Positions 21,478 to 34,916 of a DNA stretch of 64,000 nucleotides are shown here, one piece after another (the stretch's first letter is position 1; every line of letters starts with the position of its first letter). The stretch comes from Alphaproteobacteria bacterium (GTDB taxonomy: Bacteria > Pseudomonadota > Alphaproteobacteria > UBA8366): positions 776,759-840,758 of the forward strand of contig WHUA01000001.1 of assembly GCA_009377445.1 (NCBI GenBank), read 5' to 3'. Both the position numbers and the translations under genes were made by a program. The notes below the pieces were generated by a model. The model had not been told where the DNA came from. It searched no databases and was given only the letters and a program-made list of their open reading frames with translations.

Positions 21478-22134
21478 CTAGAGGATCGACTGTCCGGTTT
21501 TTTGCCAATCGGCAACGAACGCGGCCAGACCCTTCTCGGTCAGCGGATGGTTGACCATCTGGCGCAGCACGGATGGCGGCACCGTCGCGACATGGGCGCC
21601 GATCCTGGCGGCCTCCAGCACGTGCAGTGGGCTGCGCACCGATGCAACGAGCACCTCTGTCGTGAAGTTCGGATAGTTGTCGTAAATAGTGCAGATGTCG
21701 GCGATGAGCTGCATGCCTTCGACGGCGATGTCGTCGAGGCGTCCGATGAAGGGGGAAACGAAGGTCGCGCCGGCCTTCGCCGCCAGGATCGCCTGATTGG
21801 CGGAGAAGCAAAGCGTGACGTTCACCATCGTGCCCGCCTGGGTGAGCGCGCGGCAGGCCTTCAGGCCGTCATGCGTCAGCGGAACCTTGACGGCGACATT
21901 GTTCGCGATCTTCGCCAGCTTCTTGCCTTCGGCAAGCATCGTATCGAAATCGGTCGCCGCGACTTCCGCGCTCACGGGCCCGTCGACGATGTCGCAGATC
22001 TGGGCGATCACTTCGAAGAAGTTGCGCCCCGACTTGTGGATCAGAGAGGGGTTCGTGGTCACGCCGTCGACCAGGCCGGTGGCGGCGAGGTCCCTGATGT
22101 CGTCGATCTCGGCAGTGTCCACGAAGAATTTCAT
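21478..22134 (-). CDS. tal: Transaldolase / fructose-6-phosphate aldolase family
   Basis: [37 protein letters not shown]. Confidence 0.93.
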   Translation of the reverse strand: MKFFVDTAEIDDIRDLAATGLVDGVTTNPSLIHKSGRNFFEVIAQICDIVDGPVSAEVAATDFDTMLAEGKKLAKIANNVAVKVPLTHDGLKACRALTQAGTMVNVTLCFSANQAILAAKAGATFVSPFIGRLDDIAVEGMQLIADICTIYDNYPNFTTEVLVASVRSPLHVLEAARIGAHVATVPPSVLRQMVNHPLTEKGLAAFVADWQKTGQSIL

Positions 22135-22208
22135 TGGTCGCTGCGGCTCCTCTAATCGGTCTACGCTTCAATATGGCGCGCCGACCGCGTTTGGCTACAC
22201 TCTAGCCG

Positions 22209-24416
22209 ATGCCGGTCCCGCATACCACAAATGGCGCTGCGATCAATGGGGAACTGCGCCGCGTGCAGGTACTTCTGCCGCTGCCGTTGCCGGGCGTATT
22301 CGATTACCGCGTTCCGCCGGAGCTCGAAATCCAGCCGGGGGCCTTCGTTTCCGTGCCTTTCGGCCGGCGCGAGGCGATCGGGGTGGTGTGGTCCGAAAGC
22401 AACGCCGGAGAGGTTCCGGACAGCCGGCTGAAGGCGGTCACCGACAGGCTCGAGGTGTCGGCCCTGCCCGAATCGACTCGCCGATTCGTCGATTGGGTCG
22501 CCCGCTACACCATGGCGCCGCCCGGCTCGGTGCTGCGCATGGCGATGAGCGTGACCGACGCGCTCTTCCCGGCCAAGCCGCGCATGGCGTACCGTCTCGC
22601 CGGAAACGTGCCGGACATCCGCATGACGCCGGCCCGAAAGCGCGTGATTGCGGCCGCTGCGGACGGGTTCCCGCGGCCGACCGTCGAGCTTGCGCGCGAG
22701 GCGGGCGTCGGCGTCGGCGTGGTGACGGGGCTGGCGCAGGCGGGCGTGCTCGAACAGGTGGAAATGGCGGCGCCGCGCCCGCTGAAGCCCGATCCGTCGG
22801 CGCCGTCGCTCGCGCTGACGGGCGAGCAGCGCGACGCCGCCAACAGGCTCGTGCGGTCGGCCGCCGATCGCGGCTTCGCCGTCACCGTGCTCGACGGCGT
22901 GACCGGCGCCGGCAAGACCGAGGTCTATTTCGAAGCGATCGCAGAGACGCTGCGCCAGGGGCGGCAGGTGCTGGTGCTGCTGCCGGAAATCGCACTCACG
23001 GCGTATTGGCTCGAGCGCTTCACCGACCGGTTCCAGGCGCCGCCGCAGCAATGGCATTCCGAGCTGACGCAGACGCAGCGCCGGCGCACCTGGCGGGCGG
23101 TGACGGACGGCACGGCAGCGGTGGTGGTCGGCGCGCGGTCGGCGCTGTTCCTGCCCTACCGCGACCTGGGGCTCATCATCGTCGACGAGGAGCATGACGG
23201 CTCGTTCAAGCAGGAAGACGGCATCGCCTATCATGCCCGCGACATGGCGGTGGCCCGCGGCAGCATCGAAAAGATACCCGTCGTCCTGGTATCGGCGACG
23301 CCGTCGCTGGAAACCGTCGTGAACGTGGAGGAGGGGCGCTATCGCCTGATCCACCTGCCATCGCGGCACGGCGCCGCCGGGCTGCCGGAGGTGACGGTCG
23401 TCGATCTTCGCCGCGATGCGCCGCCGCGCCAGCGCTGGCTGTCGCCGCCGCTTCAGGACGCGCTGCGGAACACGATGGAGGCGGGCGAACAGGCGTTGCT
23501 GTTCCTGAACCGGCGCGGTTACGCGCCGCTCACCCTCTGCCGCGCTTGCGGGCACCGTATGGAGTGCCCGAACTGCACCGCCTGGCTGGTCGAGCACCGT
23601 CTCGCGCGGCGCCTGGAATGCCATCACTGCGGCTATTCGGCCGGCTATCCGGAGCATTGCTCCGAATGCGGCGCGGAGGACAGCCTCGTTGCCTGCGGCC
23701 CGGGGGTCGAGCGCCTGGCGGAAGAAGTCCATGCCCTTTTTCCGGCAGCGCGCATGGCGAGCCTGACTAGCGACACCGTGCGGGGGCCGGCCGCGGTCGA
23801 GGAGATGATCTGCCGCATGCGGCGGCACGAGATCGACATCCTCATCGGCACGCAGATCGTGGCCAAGGGCCACCATTTTCCCATGCTGACCCTGGTCGGC
23901 GTGATCGACGCCGACCTCGGCCTGACGGGAGGCGACTTGCGGGCGGCCGAGCGCACCTATCAGCTTCTGCACCAGGTGGCCGGGCGTGCGGGGCGCGAGG
24001 CGAAGCCGGGCCGCGTGCTGCTGCAGACATATAATCCCGGCCATCCCGTCATAACGGCGCTTGCGGAGGGCGCCCGCGACCGCTTCATCGAGGAAGAGGC
24101 CGAGCAGCGCCGGGCCGGCGGCTGGCCGCCCTTCGGGCGCCTGGCGGCGCTGATCGTGAGCGGGCCCGACGAGGCGGCGGTCGACGCGGCCGCCCAGCGT
24201 CTGGCGCGGGCCGCGCCCCGTTTCGCCGAGGTTCGCGTGCTCGGTCCGGCCCCGGCGCCGCTCGCCCGCCTCAGGGGGCGGCACCGCCGGCGTTTCCTGC
24301 TCAAGGCGCCGCGCAGCGTGAGTATCCAGCGGCTGTTGTCGGAGTGGCTGACGAAGGTCCGCGCCCCTTCCTCCGTACGCATCCAGATCGATATCGATCC
24401 TTACAGCTTTCTCTAA
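22209..24416 (+). CDS. priA: Primosomal protein N'
   Basis: [20 protein letters not shown], four CxxC Zn motifs, [11 protein letters not shown]. Confidence 0.97.
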   Translation: MPVPHTTNGAAINGELRRVQVLLPLPLPGVFDYRVPPELEIQPGAFVSVPFGRREAIGVVWSESNAGEVPDSRLKAVTDRLEVSALPESTRRFVDWVARYTMAPPGSVLRMAMSVTDALFPAKPRMAYRLAGNVPDIRMTPARKRVIAAAADGFPRPTVELAREAGVGVGVVTGLAQAGVLEQVEMAAPRPLKPDPSAPSLALTGEQRDAANRLVRSAADRGFAVTVLDGVTGAGKTEVYFEAIAETLRQGRQVLVLLPEIALTAYWLERFTDRFQAPPQQWHSELTQTQRRRTWRAVTDGTAAVVVGARSALFLPYRDLGLIIVDEEHDGSFKQEDGIAYHARDMAVARGSIEKIPVVLVSATPSLETVVNVEEGRYRLIHLPSRHGAAGLPEVTVVDLRRDAPPRQRWLSPPLQDALRNTMEAGEQALLFLNRRGYAPLTLCRACGHRMECPNCTAWLVEHRLARRLECHHCGYSAGYPEHCSECGAEDSLVACGPGVERLAEEVHALFPAARMASLTSDTVRGPAAVEEMICRMRRHEIDILIGTQIVAKGHHFPMLTLVGVIDADLGLTGGDLRAAERTYQLLHQVAGRAGREAKPGRVLLQTYNPGHPVITALAEGARDRFIEEEAEQRRAGGWPPFGRLAALIVSGPDEAAVDAAAQRLARAAPRFAEVRVLGPAPAPLARLRGRHRRRFLLKAPRSVSIQRLLSEWLTKVRAPSSVRIQIDIDPYSFL

Positions 24417-24451
24417 TTTCTTCCGTGGCTTACTTGTCCGGCCCACGTGGC

Positions 24452-24480
24452 TTGCGCCCTATATATCCATGTGCTAAACA
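24452..24480 (+). promoter_or_regulatory. Putative sigma70 promoter of the atp operon
   Basis: TTGCGC-N17-TAAACA (GCTAAAC) about 100 bp upstream of atpH. Confidence 0.45.
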
Positions 24481-24583
24481 CCGCTCGCTTTCGGAATCGA
24501 CGAATGTATTCCGAGGCGCAGGGGAGTATTGAGGGGGCCGCGCCTCGCGGCGTATCCGGAGAGAGTTCTGGAGTAATCCCAGA

Positions 24584-25140
24584 TTGGCATCTAAGGCAGG
24601 CGATACGGGAGTTGCCGCTCGCTACGCGTTGGCTTTGTTCGAGCTGGCGGACGAGCAACGAAAGCTGGACCAGGTCGCGGCCGATCTGAAGTCCGTCGAC
24701 GCATTGCTGCGCGAGAGCGCGGACTTGCGGCGGCTCATTGCCAACCCGGTCGTCAGCCGCGCCGACTCCGCCCGCGCGATGGCGGCGTTGCTCGAAAAAA
24801 TCGGCGTCGATGCGCTCACGCAGAAATTCGTTGGCCTGGTTGCCGCCAACCGGCGCCTCTTCGTGCTTTCGGCCATCATCAAGGCCTATCTGGCGAAGCT
24901 GGCCCAGCGGCGCGGCGAAGTCACGGCCGAGGTCGTTTCCGCCCGCAAGCTGAGCGAGAGCCAGAGCATGGCGCTGGAGACGGCGCTGCGCACGGCGATC
25001 GGCGGCAAGGTCGCGCTGTCGCTCGCGGTGGATCCCGGATTGATCGGCGGCCTGGTCGTCAAGGTCGGCAGCCGGATGATCGATTCTTCCCTCAAGACAC
25101 AACTTCAGAAGATGAAACTCGCGATGAAAGGGGCCGCCTG

Positions 25141-25141
<1 letters not shown>
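24584..25141 (+). CDS. atpH: ATP synthase delta subunit
   Basis: [32 protein letters not shown]; TTG start. Confidence 0.96.
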
Positions 25142-26670
<1,529 letters not shown>

Positions 26671-26697
26671 ACGCGGGAAAGCACGGGCCGCTGATCG

Positions 26698-27585
26698 ATG
26701 CCTAGCCTGAAAGACCTTCGGAGCCGGATCGCGAGCGTCAAGTCGACGCGGCGAATCACCTCCGCGATGAAGATGGTCGCGGCCGCGAAGCTGCGGCGCG
26801 CTCAGGACTTGGCGCTGGCGGCGCGGCCGTATTCGGAGCGGATGGAGCGCATGCTGTCCTCGCTCGCAGGGGCATCGGGCGGCCTGGGCTCCTTGCCGCT
26901 GCTCGCCGGAACCGGCAAGGACGACACCCACCTGCTCGTGTTCGTTTCGACGGACCGCGGGCTCTGCGGCGGCTTCAATATAAACCTGATGCGGCAGGTG
27001 CGCCGGCGCTTCCGCGACCTGCAGGGCCAGGGCAAGCAGGTGAAGATCTTCTGCATCGGCCGCAAGGGGGCCGCCCTGGTGCGGCGCGAATATCCGTCTG
27101 CGCTCGTTGCCCAGGTCGAGGACATTGCGCGCCCGGTGCCGAGTTACGACAAGGCGGTCGAGATTTCCCAACGCATTACGGCGATGTTCGAGGCGGGCGA
27201 GTTCGACGTCTGCACCGTCATCTACAACAGGTTCGTCTCGGCCCTGACACAGACCGTGACGCCGCAGCAGCTCATCCCGTTCGCACCGCCCGCCAACAGC
27301 GGCACAGCGGCGAACGGCGATGCGGGCGGGGCGGCCTACGAATACGAGCCTTCGGAAGAGGACATCCTCAGCGAGCTGCTGCCGCGCAACCTCGCGGTCC
27401 AGCTCTACCGGGCATTCCTGGAGTCGTTCGCGTCCGAGCAGGGCTCGCGGATGACGGCCATGGACAACGCGACGCGCAATGCCGGCGACATGATCAGCCG
27501 GCTTACGATGAACTACAACCGAACCCGTCAGGCCTTCATCACGAAGGAACTGATCGAGATCATTTCGGGCGCGGAAGCGCTCTGA
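26698..27585 (+). CDS. atpG: ATP synthase gamma subunit
   Basis: [37 protein letters not shown]. Confidence 0.98.
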   Translation: MPSLKDLRSRIASVKSTRRITSAMKMVAAAKLRRAQDLALAARPYSERMERMLSSLAGASGGLGSLPLLAGTGKDDTHLLVFVSTDRGLCGGFNINLMRQVRRRFRDLQGQGKQVKIFCIGRKGAALVRREYPSALVAQVEDIARPVPSYDKAVEISQRITAMFEAGEFDVCTVIYNRFVSALTQTVTPQQLIPFAPPANSGTAANGDAGGAAYEYEPSEEDILSELLPRNLAVQLYRAFLESFASEQGSRMTAMDNATRNAGDMISRLTMNYNRTRQAFITKELIEIISGAEAL

Positions 27586-29034
<1,449 letters not shown>

Positions 29035-29051
29035 GCGCAAGGGAGCGTGCG

Positions 29052-29468
29052 GTGGCCGACAAAGTCAACTTCGAGCTGGTTTCGCCGCAGCGCCTGCTGC
29101 TTTCCGAGGCCGTCGACATGGTCGTCGTGCCCGGGACCGAAGGCGACTTCGGCGTGCTCGCGGAGCATGCGCCGCTGATCTCCACCGTGCGGCCGGGCAC
29201 GATAACCGTCTACCAGGGCAACGCGGTGACCGACCGGATTTTCGTGGCCGGCGGCTTCGCCGAAGTCACGGCGGAGCGCTGCACCGTGCTGGCGGAAGAG
29301 GCGGAGCGGCTGGAGGAGATCGACCGGGCGGCGGTGGAAGCCCAGATCCGCGAGCTGCGCGAGGACCTCGGCTCAGCCTCGTCGGACGAGGAAAGGCAGT
29401 TCTTGGAAAGCCGGATCGCGGTCGCCGAAGCCAAGATCGAGGCCGTTGAAAGCGCAGTCTACCAGTAG
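29052..29468 (+). CDS. atpC: ATP synthase epsilon subunit
   Basis: FELVSPQR, PGTEGDFGVLAEHAP, GGFAEV. Confidence 0.97.
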   Translation: MADKVNFELVSPQRLLLSEAVDMVVVPGTEGDFGVLAEHAPLISTVRPGTITVYQGNAVTDRIFVAGGFAEVTAERCTVLAEEAERLEEIDRAAVEAQIRELREDLGSASSDEERQFLESRIAVAEAKIEAVESAVYQ

Positions 29469-29539
29469 CCGAAGGCGGTAGGGATGCGCCGCGGCACGGG
29501 TCCGGGAATCCCTGATTGCGTCATTGCAGACCCGTCGAT

Positions 29540-29624
29540 GGATGCCACGGCCAAGCCGTGGCATGACGGTTAAATATATGAATATAAATAAAAATCGTCA
29601 CTCCCCGGCTTGTCCGGGGAGTCC
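29540..29624. repeat. Tail-to-tail doublet of CGTC-tagged REP-like palindromes
   Basis: ATGCCACGGC-CAA-GCCGTGGCAT-GACG (29542-29568), 27-bp AT-rich spacer, then CGTC-ACTCCCCGG-CTTGT-CCGGGGAGT (29596-29622); lies between convergent genes. Confidence 0.7.
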
Positions 29625-29671
29625 GCGCGCGCCAACCTAAACCTTCGCCGGCTTTAATATTCCTCGCTGGA

Positions 29672-30388
29672 TCAAGCGAGAAGATTGTGGCGGGCGCCTC
29701 GGGCCGCCTTGTCGATCGTTCTGTCGCTCGTTCTGTCGCTCGTTCCCGGCGCGCCCCCGGCTCCGGCGGCCTTCTCGCGTTCCTCCGCTTCCATCTCCCG
29801 TTTCTCCAGGCGCGCCTTCTGAATCTTCGCGTCGGCTTCTGCGGCGACCTGACGATCCGCGGACGATGGGTTCGACGGCGCCAGCGCCGCCCGCTTTATC
29901 TGTTCCATTTTGCGGATCGTGGCGTCGGGATTGTTCGGGACCGCGCTGGTGTCGATCTTCACCTCGCCGCTGATCGCATAGGAACGTCCGTCCGGTCCCC
30001 GGACCGTCTTGAAGGTCGGACTGCCGGCGTGGGGCCCGCCGGCTGCCTTGTGCGCCTGCTCATGCGCGCGAACCTCGCGGTCGCGGCTCTGCAGTTCCTG
30101 GACCTTCTTCTTTTCCTCCTCGGTGAGCGCCTCCGCGCCGGCCGATGGGGCCGCCGCGCGCGGCTCGGCCGAAGGAGCGCCTGCCTGCTGCGAAGCCAGC
30201 CGGGTCTCGCCGCTGAGCAAGGGGGCCGGAAGCGCCGCGTTGCTCTCCGTTTTTGACGGCGATCGAGGTGGGCCATCCGGCGATCGCCGCTCGGGGGGAT
30301 GAACGGATTCCGGCCGGACGCGCGGCGCGCCCGGGATGGGCTGTCCCGAGAATTGGACGAGACTGGAGATTGTCGCCGAATCGGTCAT
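29672..30388 (-). CDS. SprA-related family protein
   Basis: [46 protein letters not shown]. Confidence 0.85.
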   Translation of the reverse strand: MTDSATISSLVQFSGQPIPGAPRVRPESVHPPERRSPDGPPRSPSKTESNAALPAPLLSGETRLASQQAGAPSAEPRAAAPSAGAEALTEEEKKKVQELQSRDREVRAHEQAHKAAGGPHAGSPTFKTVRGPDGRSYAISGEVKIDTSAVPNNPDATIRKMEQIKRAALAPSNPSSADRQVAAEADAKIQKARLEKREMEAEEREKAAGAGGAPGTSDRTSDRTIDKAARGARHNLLA

Positions 30389-30461
30389 GCGCCGGTCTGC
30401 CGCGCGGCCGTGTCTGGTCGGGATTGCGGGCCGCTACCGCACATGAATTACGGAAAGAAGG

Positions 30462-30980
30462 TTAACAATTGGTAGCTTTCGCCGCCGCGCCTCGGTCCGG
30501 CGACGCGAAGGGAGCGAACTCGGCGGCGATCTGGCTGTAGACGGATCGCTTGAAGGGGATAGCCATGTCGCACAGCTCGGAGATATCGGCCCAGCGCCAG
30601 GCGTCGAACTCGGCCTTGTGGGCGTCAAGGTCGATATCGCCGTCGTCGCCGGTGAAGCGGAAGGCGAACCAGCGCTGCGTCTGACCGCGATAGCGGCCCT
30701 GCCATACCCGCCGCGACAGATCCTCCGGCAGGTCGTAGCTCAGCCAGCCGGCGCTGACGGCAAGCAGCTCCGCCTTTCCGGTCCCGACTTCCTCCCGCAG
30801 CTCGCGCCAGGCGGCCTGGTCGGCGGTCTCGCCGTCGTCGATGCCGCCTTGCGGCATTTGCCAGTGCTCGCCCGCGACATCGATGCGATTGCCGACGAAT
30901 ATCTTGCCGGCCGCATTGAAAAGCATGATCCCGACGCACGGCCGATAGGGGCGCGGATCGCCGGAAGCCACCGCCGTCAT
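30462..30980 (-). CDS. rppH: RNA pyrophosphohydrolase
   Basis: YRPCVGIML, WQMPQGGIDDGE...AWRELREEVG Nudix box, GQTQRWF. Confidence 0.95.
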   Translation of the reverse strand: MTAVASGDPRPYRPCVGIMLFNAAGKIFVGNRIDVAGEHWQMPQGGIDDGETADQAAWRELREEVGTGKAELLAVSAGWLSYDLPEDLSRRVWQGRYRGQTQRWFAFRFTGDDGDIDLDAHKAEFDAWRWADISELCDMAIPFKRSVYSQIAAEFAPFASPDRGAAAKATNC

Positions 30981-32089
30981 TGCGTCCGTTGCGGGGCCGG
31001 AAGCGCGGAAACGGGAGCGAGCGCGATACCTTTGCCCTCGAGCGAAGCGGTCCATTCCTTCAGCCGGTTTACCGTGACCGGATAGGGCCGGGCAAGCGCC
31101 ACGGCGGAGCCCTCCCGGCGCGCGCGCTTCTCCATCTCGGCCAACTGCAAATCGATCTTTTCGGCAGCGAGGTCCTGGTCGATCAACGCGTCGCCGACCG
31201 CCACGGCGAGGTTCATTTCCTTCGCCATGTCCGAGGTCGCCCCGATCGGGTTTTCCTTCGTGTCGACCAGCATCAGCCCGCGCGATTTTATCTCCGCCAG
31301 GATCGGGCTGAGCACGCGCGGCTTTATGACGAGGCCGGAGCCCATGTAGATCGACACGCCGACATAGCCGGTCGCGCGGCTGAGAATCCACCCGAGCCGG
31401 CGCAGGTTCTGGTCGATCGGCACGGTCGTCAGCAACGTATGCGGCCCCGGATCGCTGCGCGGGTAATCCATCGGTTCCATCGGCAGATCGATCAGGACCT
31501 CATGCCCGGCGTCGCGGCTCTTGTCGATCCACTCCGGAAGGTTCTTCGTGAACGACGCGAAGGAGAGCGTCACCGCGCCGGGCAGCGCCTCGATGACGCT
31601 TCTGGTCGCCTGTTCGGATACGCCGAGGCCGGTGACGACCACGGCGATGCGCGGGCGGCTGTCGATGCTGCTGAAAGGACGGGCATAGACGCGCCAGGGC
31701 GCGCGCCCGTCCGTGCCGATGATCGGCAGCGGGCCGAGATCGCTCTTCTCGATGAGCAGAGGGTCGGGATGCGGGTGCAGGCCCGCCGCCGCGACCTTCG
31801 TGCCGCCTTGGCCGGCCGGACCCGCCGGGCGGTTTTTCGTCGACGCGTCGCCGTCTGTGACCGGCGGCTCGGCATCCACCGCGGCGTTTTCCTTTCCGAC
31901 CGGATCGGAATTGTGGAAGCTGTTGAGGGACATTGTGACCTGCGGCCCACTTCCTTTCTGGATCGCGGCGTGGCCGTTCGTCAGGTACAGCCATGCGCCG
32001 CCGCCGGCAAGGGAGGTCAAGGTGAGGACCCAAGCCGCGAACAACAGCGTCGACAGAAGACCGCGGCCGCCATCGGATTGTGGCAGCAT
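30977..32089 (-). CDS. Divergent polysaccharide deacetylase family protein
   Basis: RIAVVVTGLG, GHEVLIDLPMEP, P.GPHTLL, YMGS; N-terminal TM anchor; typical position after ctpA. Confidence 0.9.
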   Translation of the reverse strand: MLPQSDGGRGLLSTLLFAAWVLTLTSLAGGGAWLYLTNGHAAIQKGSGPQVTMSLNSFHNSDPVGKENAAVDAEPPVTDGDASTKNRPAGPAGQGGTKVAAAGLHPHPDPLLIEKSDLGPLPIIGTDGRAPWRVYARPFSSIDSRPRIAVVVTGLGVSEQATRSVIEALPGAVTLSFASFTKNLPEWIDKSRDAGHEVLIDLPMEPMDYPRSDPGPHTLLTTVPIDQNLRRLGWILSRATGYVGVSIYMGSGLVIKPRVLSPILAEIKSRGLMLVDTKENPIGATSDMAKEMNLAVAVGDALIDQDLAAEKIDLQLAEMEKRARREGSAVALARPYPVTVNRLKEWTASLEGKGIALAPVSALPAPQRTQ

Positions 32090-32161
32090 GTCCGGGTGAT
32101 CCCCCGGCGCGGCGTCGTCGCCGCGCGACTTGAACAGCGAGAGCTTCAGGTCATCTAACCC

Positions 32162-33589
32162 CTAATTTACCATGCGGCCTTTGTAGAGAGCGATGCCCCG
32201 CAGCAGGTCGATCGCGCGGGCGAGCTGATAATCCTCGGCCTGCGGATCTTTCTTCGCGGTTTCATCCGTCTCCGGCGTGGCGTCGTCCTTGCCGTCCTTC
32301 TTGACGCCCGCGCCCGGCTGATCCGGCTTTTTCTGGGTTCCGTCCTTCTTTTGCTCGTCCGGCTTTTTCTGCTCGCCTTCCTTGTCCGGCGTGACGGCGC
32401 TCGGATCCGCGTCTTCCTCGTTCCGCAACGAGCCGCGAAGATCGCGTTCGGAGCGTCGCGGCTGCACGGAATCGAGCGCTTCGACCTTTGCCTGCTGCAC
32501 CATGATGTCGGGGTCGATGCCCTTGGCCTGGATCGAATGGCCGCTCGGCGTGTAATAGCGCTGCGTCGTCAGCTTGATCGCGCCGCTTCGCCCGAGTGGG
32601 ATGATCGTCTGGACGGAGCCCTTCCCGAAGGACTTGGTGCCGAGCAGGATGGCGCGGCGGTGATCCTGCAGCGCGCCGGCGACGATCTCGGAGGCGGAGG
32701 CGGACCCGCCGTTTATCATGACCACCAGCGGCTTGCCGTCGATCAGGTCGCCCGCGGTGGCGTAGAACCGCTGCCCACTGTCTTCCTTGCGGCCGCGGGT
32801 CGAGACGATCTCGCCCTGTTCGAGGAAGCTGTCGGACACGGTCACCGCCTGGTCAAGCAACCCGCCGGGATTGTTCCGCAGGTCGAGGATGTAGCCGGCA
32901 ATATCGTCGCCCATTTCCTTCTTCAGCCGCTCGATCGCCCGCTTCAAGCCTTTGTCCGTCTGCTCGCTGAAGCTGGTGATGCGGAGGTAGCCGATCTTTC
33001 CCTCGGCCCGCGAACGGACCGACTGGATGCGGATCTTGTCGCGTGTGATCGTCACGTCGAAGGCGGCCTGGTGACCGCGGCGGATCGTCAGGACGATGTC
33101 GGTCTTCACCGGCCCGCGCATCTTCTCGACCGCCTCGCTCAGGGACATCCCCTGGACCGGCTCCGTATTGAGATGCGTAATCAGGTCGCCCGCCTGGATG
33201 CCGGCGCGGGCGGCCGGCGTCTCGTCGATCGGCGAGACCACCTTCACGTAGCCCTTCTCCATCGTTACTTCGATGCCGAGACCGCCGAACTCGCCCTTCG
33301 TCTGGACCTGCATGTCGCGGAACTTGGCCTTGTTGAGGAAGGTCGAATGCGGATCGAGATGCGTCAGCATGCCCTCGACGGCGGCTTCGATGAGCTCTTC
33401 GTCGGAAACGTTTTCGACATAGTCGCTGCGGACCCGCTCAAAAACATCGCCGAACAGCTCGAGCATCCGGTAGGTGTCGGACTTGCTATTTTCGGCGGCA
33501 AAAACCGTCGGTACGACGGCGCCGGCGATGAATCCCAGAACGACTCCACCGGCGACTGCGGTTACGACACCCGGCATCAGGCGCTTCAT
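32162..33589 (-). CDS. ctpA: Carboxyl-terminal processing protease, S41 family
   Basis: LDPHS, GLGIEV PDZ, DLRNNPGGLL, SASASEIVAGALQD, GKGSVQT. Confidence 0.95.
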   Translation of the reverse strand: MKRLMPGVVTAVAGGVVLGFIAGAVVPTVFAAENSKSDTYRMLELFGDVFERVRSDYVENVSDEELIEAAVEGMLTHLDPHSTFLNKAKFRDMQVQTKGEFGGLGIEVTMEKGYVKVVSPIDETPAARAGIQAGDLITHLNTEPVQGMSLSEAVEKMRGPVKTDIVLTIRRGHQAAFDVTITRDKIRIQSVRSRAEGKIGYLRITSFSEQTDKGLKRAIERLKKEMGDDIAGYILDLRNNPGGLLDQAVTVSDSFLEQGEIVSTRGRKEDSGQRFYATAGDLIDGKPLVVMINGGSASASEIVAGALQDHRRAILLGTKSFGKGSVQTIIPLGRSGAIKLTTQRYYTPSGHSIQAKGIDPDIMVQQAKVEALDSVQPRRSERDLRGSLRNEEDADPSAVTPDKEGEQKKPDEQKKDGTQKKPDQPGAGVKKDGKDDATPETDETAKKDPQAEDYQLARAIDLLRGIALYKGRMVN

Positions 33590-33653
33590 GCCTCTTGAAT
33601 CCTTTCCAATTGACCTGCGTAGTACTCAGCTCCGTTTTCGCACGACACGCTCG

Positions 33654-34916
33654 TCATCCCCGCTCCCTGCCCCGATATTCGGCGAACCAAGGTAACGGGT
33701 TGATCGGCTGTCCTTCTCGACGGAGCTCGAAATATAATCGCGGATTTGCACCGCCCGGTTTGGCCATTACGCCAACTGGCTCGCCGGCAAGCAGCCACTG
33801 GCCGACGCTGGTGTCGACGCGCTCCATGCCGGAAAGCAACGTATGATATCCGCCGCCGTGCTCAATTATCAAGATTTGACCGTAACCGCGGAACGGGCCG
33901 GCGAAGACGACCTTACCATCATAGGGCGCGACAACCCGGGCCGCCGCCCGCGTCTCGATGGTGATGCCTTTGGCCGTGTTACCGTAAGGCGTGTTCTCGC
34001 CGTATTGGCGGCTGAGCTCGCCGCGAACCGGCAGGGTAATCGGCCCTTGGACCGGAAACTGCCGAAGAGCGTTCGGCCGGGGCGCGGTGAGCGACGCGGT
34101 CTGCTCCTCCTTGGGCGCGGGAAGCGCTTCGGCGTGCCCGCTCTCCGCCGGCGCGGCCGGCGGCGGCGCCGGACGTTCGGCTTCGAGCCGGGCGAACAGA
34201 TCCTTCAGCGTCTCCGCTTCGCGCGTCAGCCGCTTCAGCCGCTGCGCGGTGCGCTTCCGCTCGGTCTCGGTGTCCTGAAGCAGGTCGGCCTTGCGATCGA
34301 TCAGGCCGTCGAGCATGCCCCGCTGGTCGGTGTAGAGGTCCGAAGCGCCCTTGAGCTCCTCGAGCTGACGGTCGATGTCGTCGCGCGTCGCCGCAAGCTC
34401 GGCGACGCCCTCGCGAAGCGTTTCCGCGCGATCCTGTATGATCGGCAACGATGTCCGCAGCAACATCGCCTGGCGCACGACGTCCATCGGCTTGTTTGGC
34501 GACAGGAGCAGGGCGCGGGGCGGGTTGCGCGACAGCCTTTCGAGGGCGATCAGGGTCCCGCCGATCTGCTGGCGGCGCTGGGCGAGCGCTTCCTCCTGCT
34601 GGCGCAAGTCGTCCTGCGTCTCCCGCAGCTTGCGTTCGAGGCGCGTCAGCAGGGACTCGCTGTCCTGGGTCGCCCGGGCGGCGCCGATCGCCCGCTGCCG
34701 CAGCTCGGCGAGCTCGGCGGCCAGCGTCTGGGATTTTCGCGTGAGCTCGGCTTCGCGGCTGCGCTGGGTCTTGATCTCGCCCTCGAGCCGATTGAGGTCG
34801 CCGCGGTCTTGCGCAAACGCCGCGACGGGGCAGAGCATGACAAGCGCTACCCCGGCAAGGGCCAGCCAGGCTGCTGGAAAGGGTCGGTCAACCCGCCTCA
34901 CGCTGCTCCCCGGCAT
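33654..34916 (-). CDS. envC: Murein hydrolase activator EnvC (M23 domain)
   Basis: Signal peptide, long coiled coil, C-terminal M23 fold (APYDGKVVFAG, LYFELR) lacking metal ligands. Confidence 0.88.
   Translation of the reverse strand: MPGSSVRRVDRPFPAAWLALAGVALVMLCPVAAFAQDRGDLNRLEGEIKTQRSREAELTRKSQTLAAELAELRQRAIGAARATQDSESLLTRLERKLRETQDDLRQQEEALAQRRQQIGGTLIALERLSRNPPRALLLSPNKPMDVVRQAMLLRTSLPIIQDRAETLREGVAELAATRDDIDRQLEELKGASDLYTDQRGMLDGLIDRKADLLQDTETERKRTAQRLKRLTREAETLKDLFARLEAERPAPPPAAPAESGHAEALPAPKEEQTASLTAPRPNALRQFPVQGPITLPVRGELSRQYGENTPYGNTAKGITIETRAAARVVAPYDGKVVFAGPFRGYGQILIIEHGGGYHTLLSGMERVDTSVGQWLLAGEPVGVMAKPGGANPRLYFELRREGQPINPLPWFAEYRGRERG

Noticed and set aside
32280-32420. Lys/Asp/Gln repeats in the CtpA C-terminus (QKKPD)
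   Set aside because: A low-complexity linker typical of this protein family; no sign of a separate element
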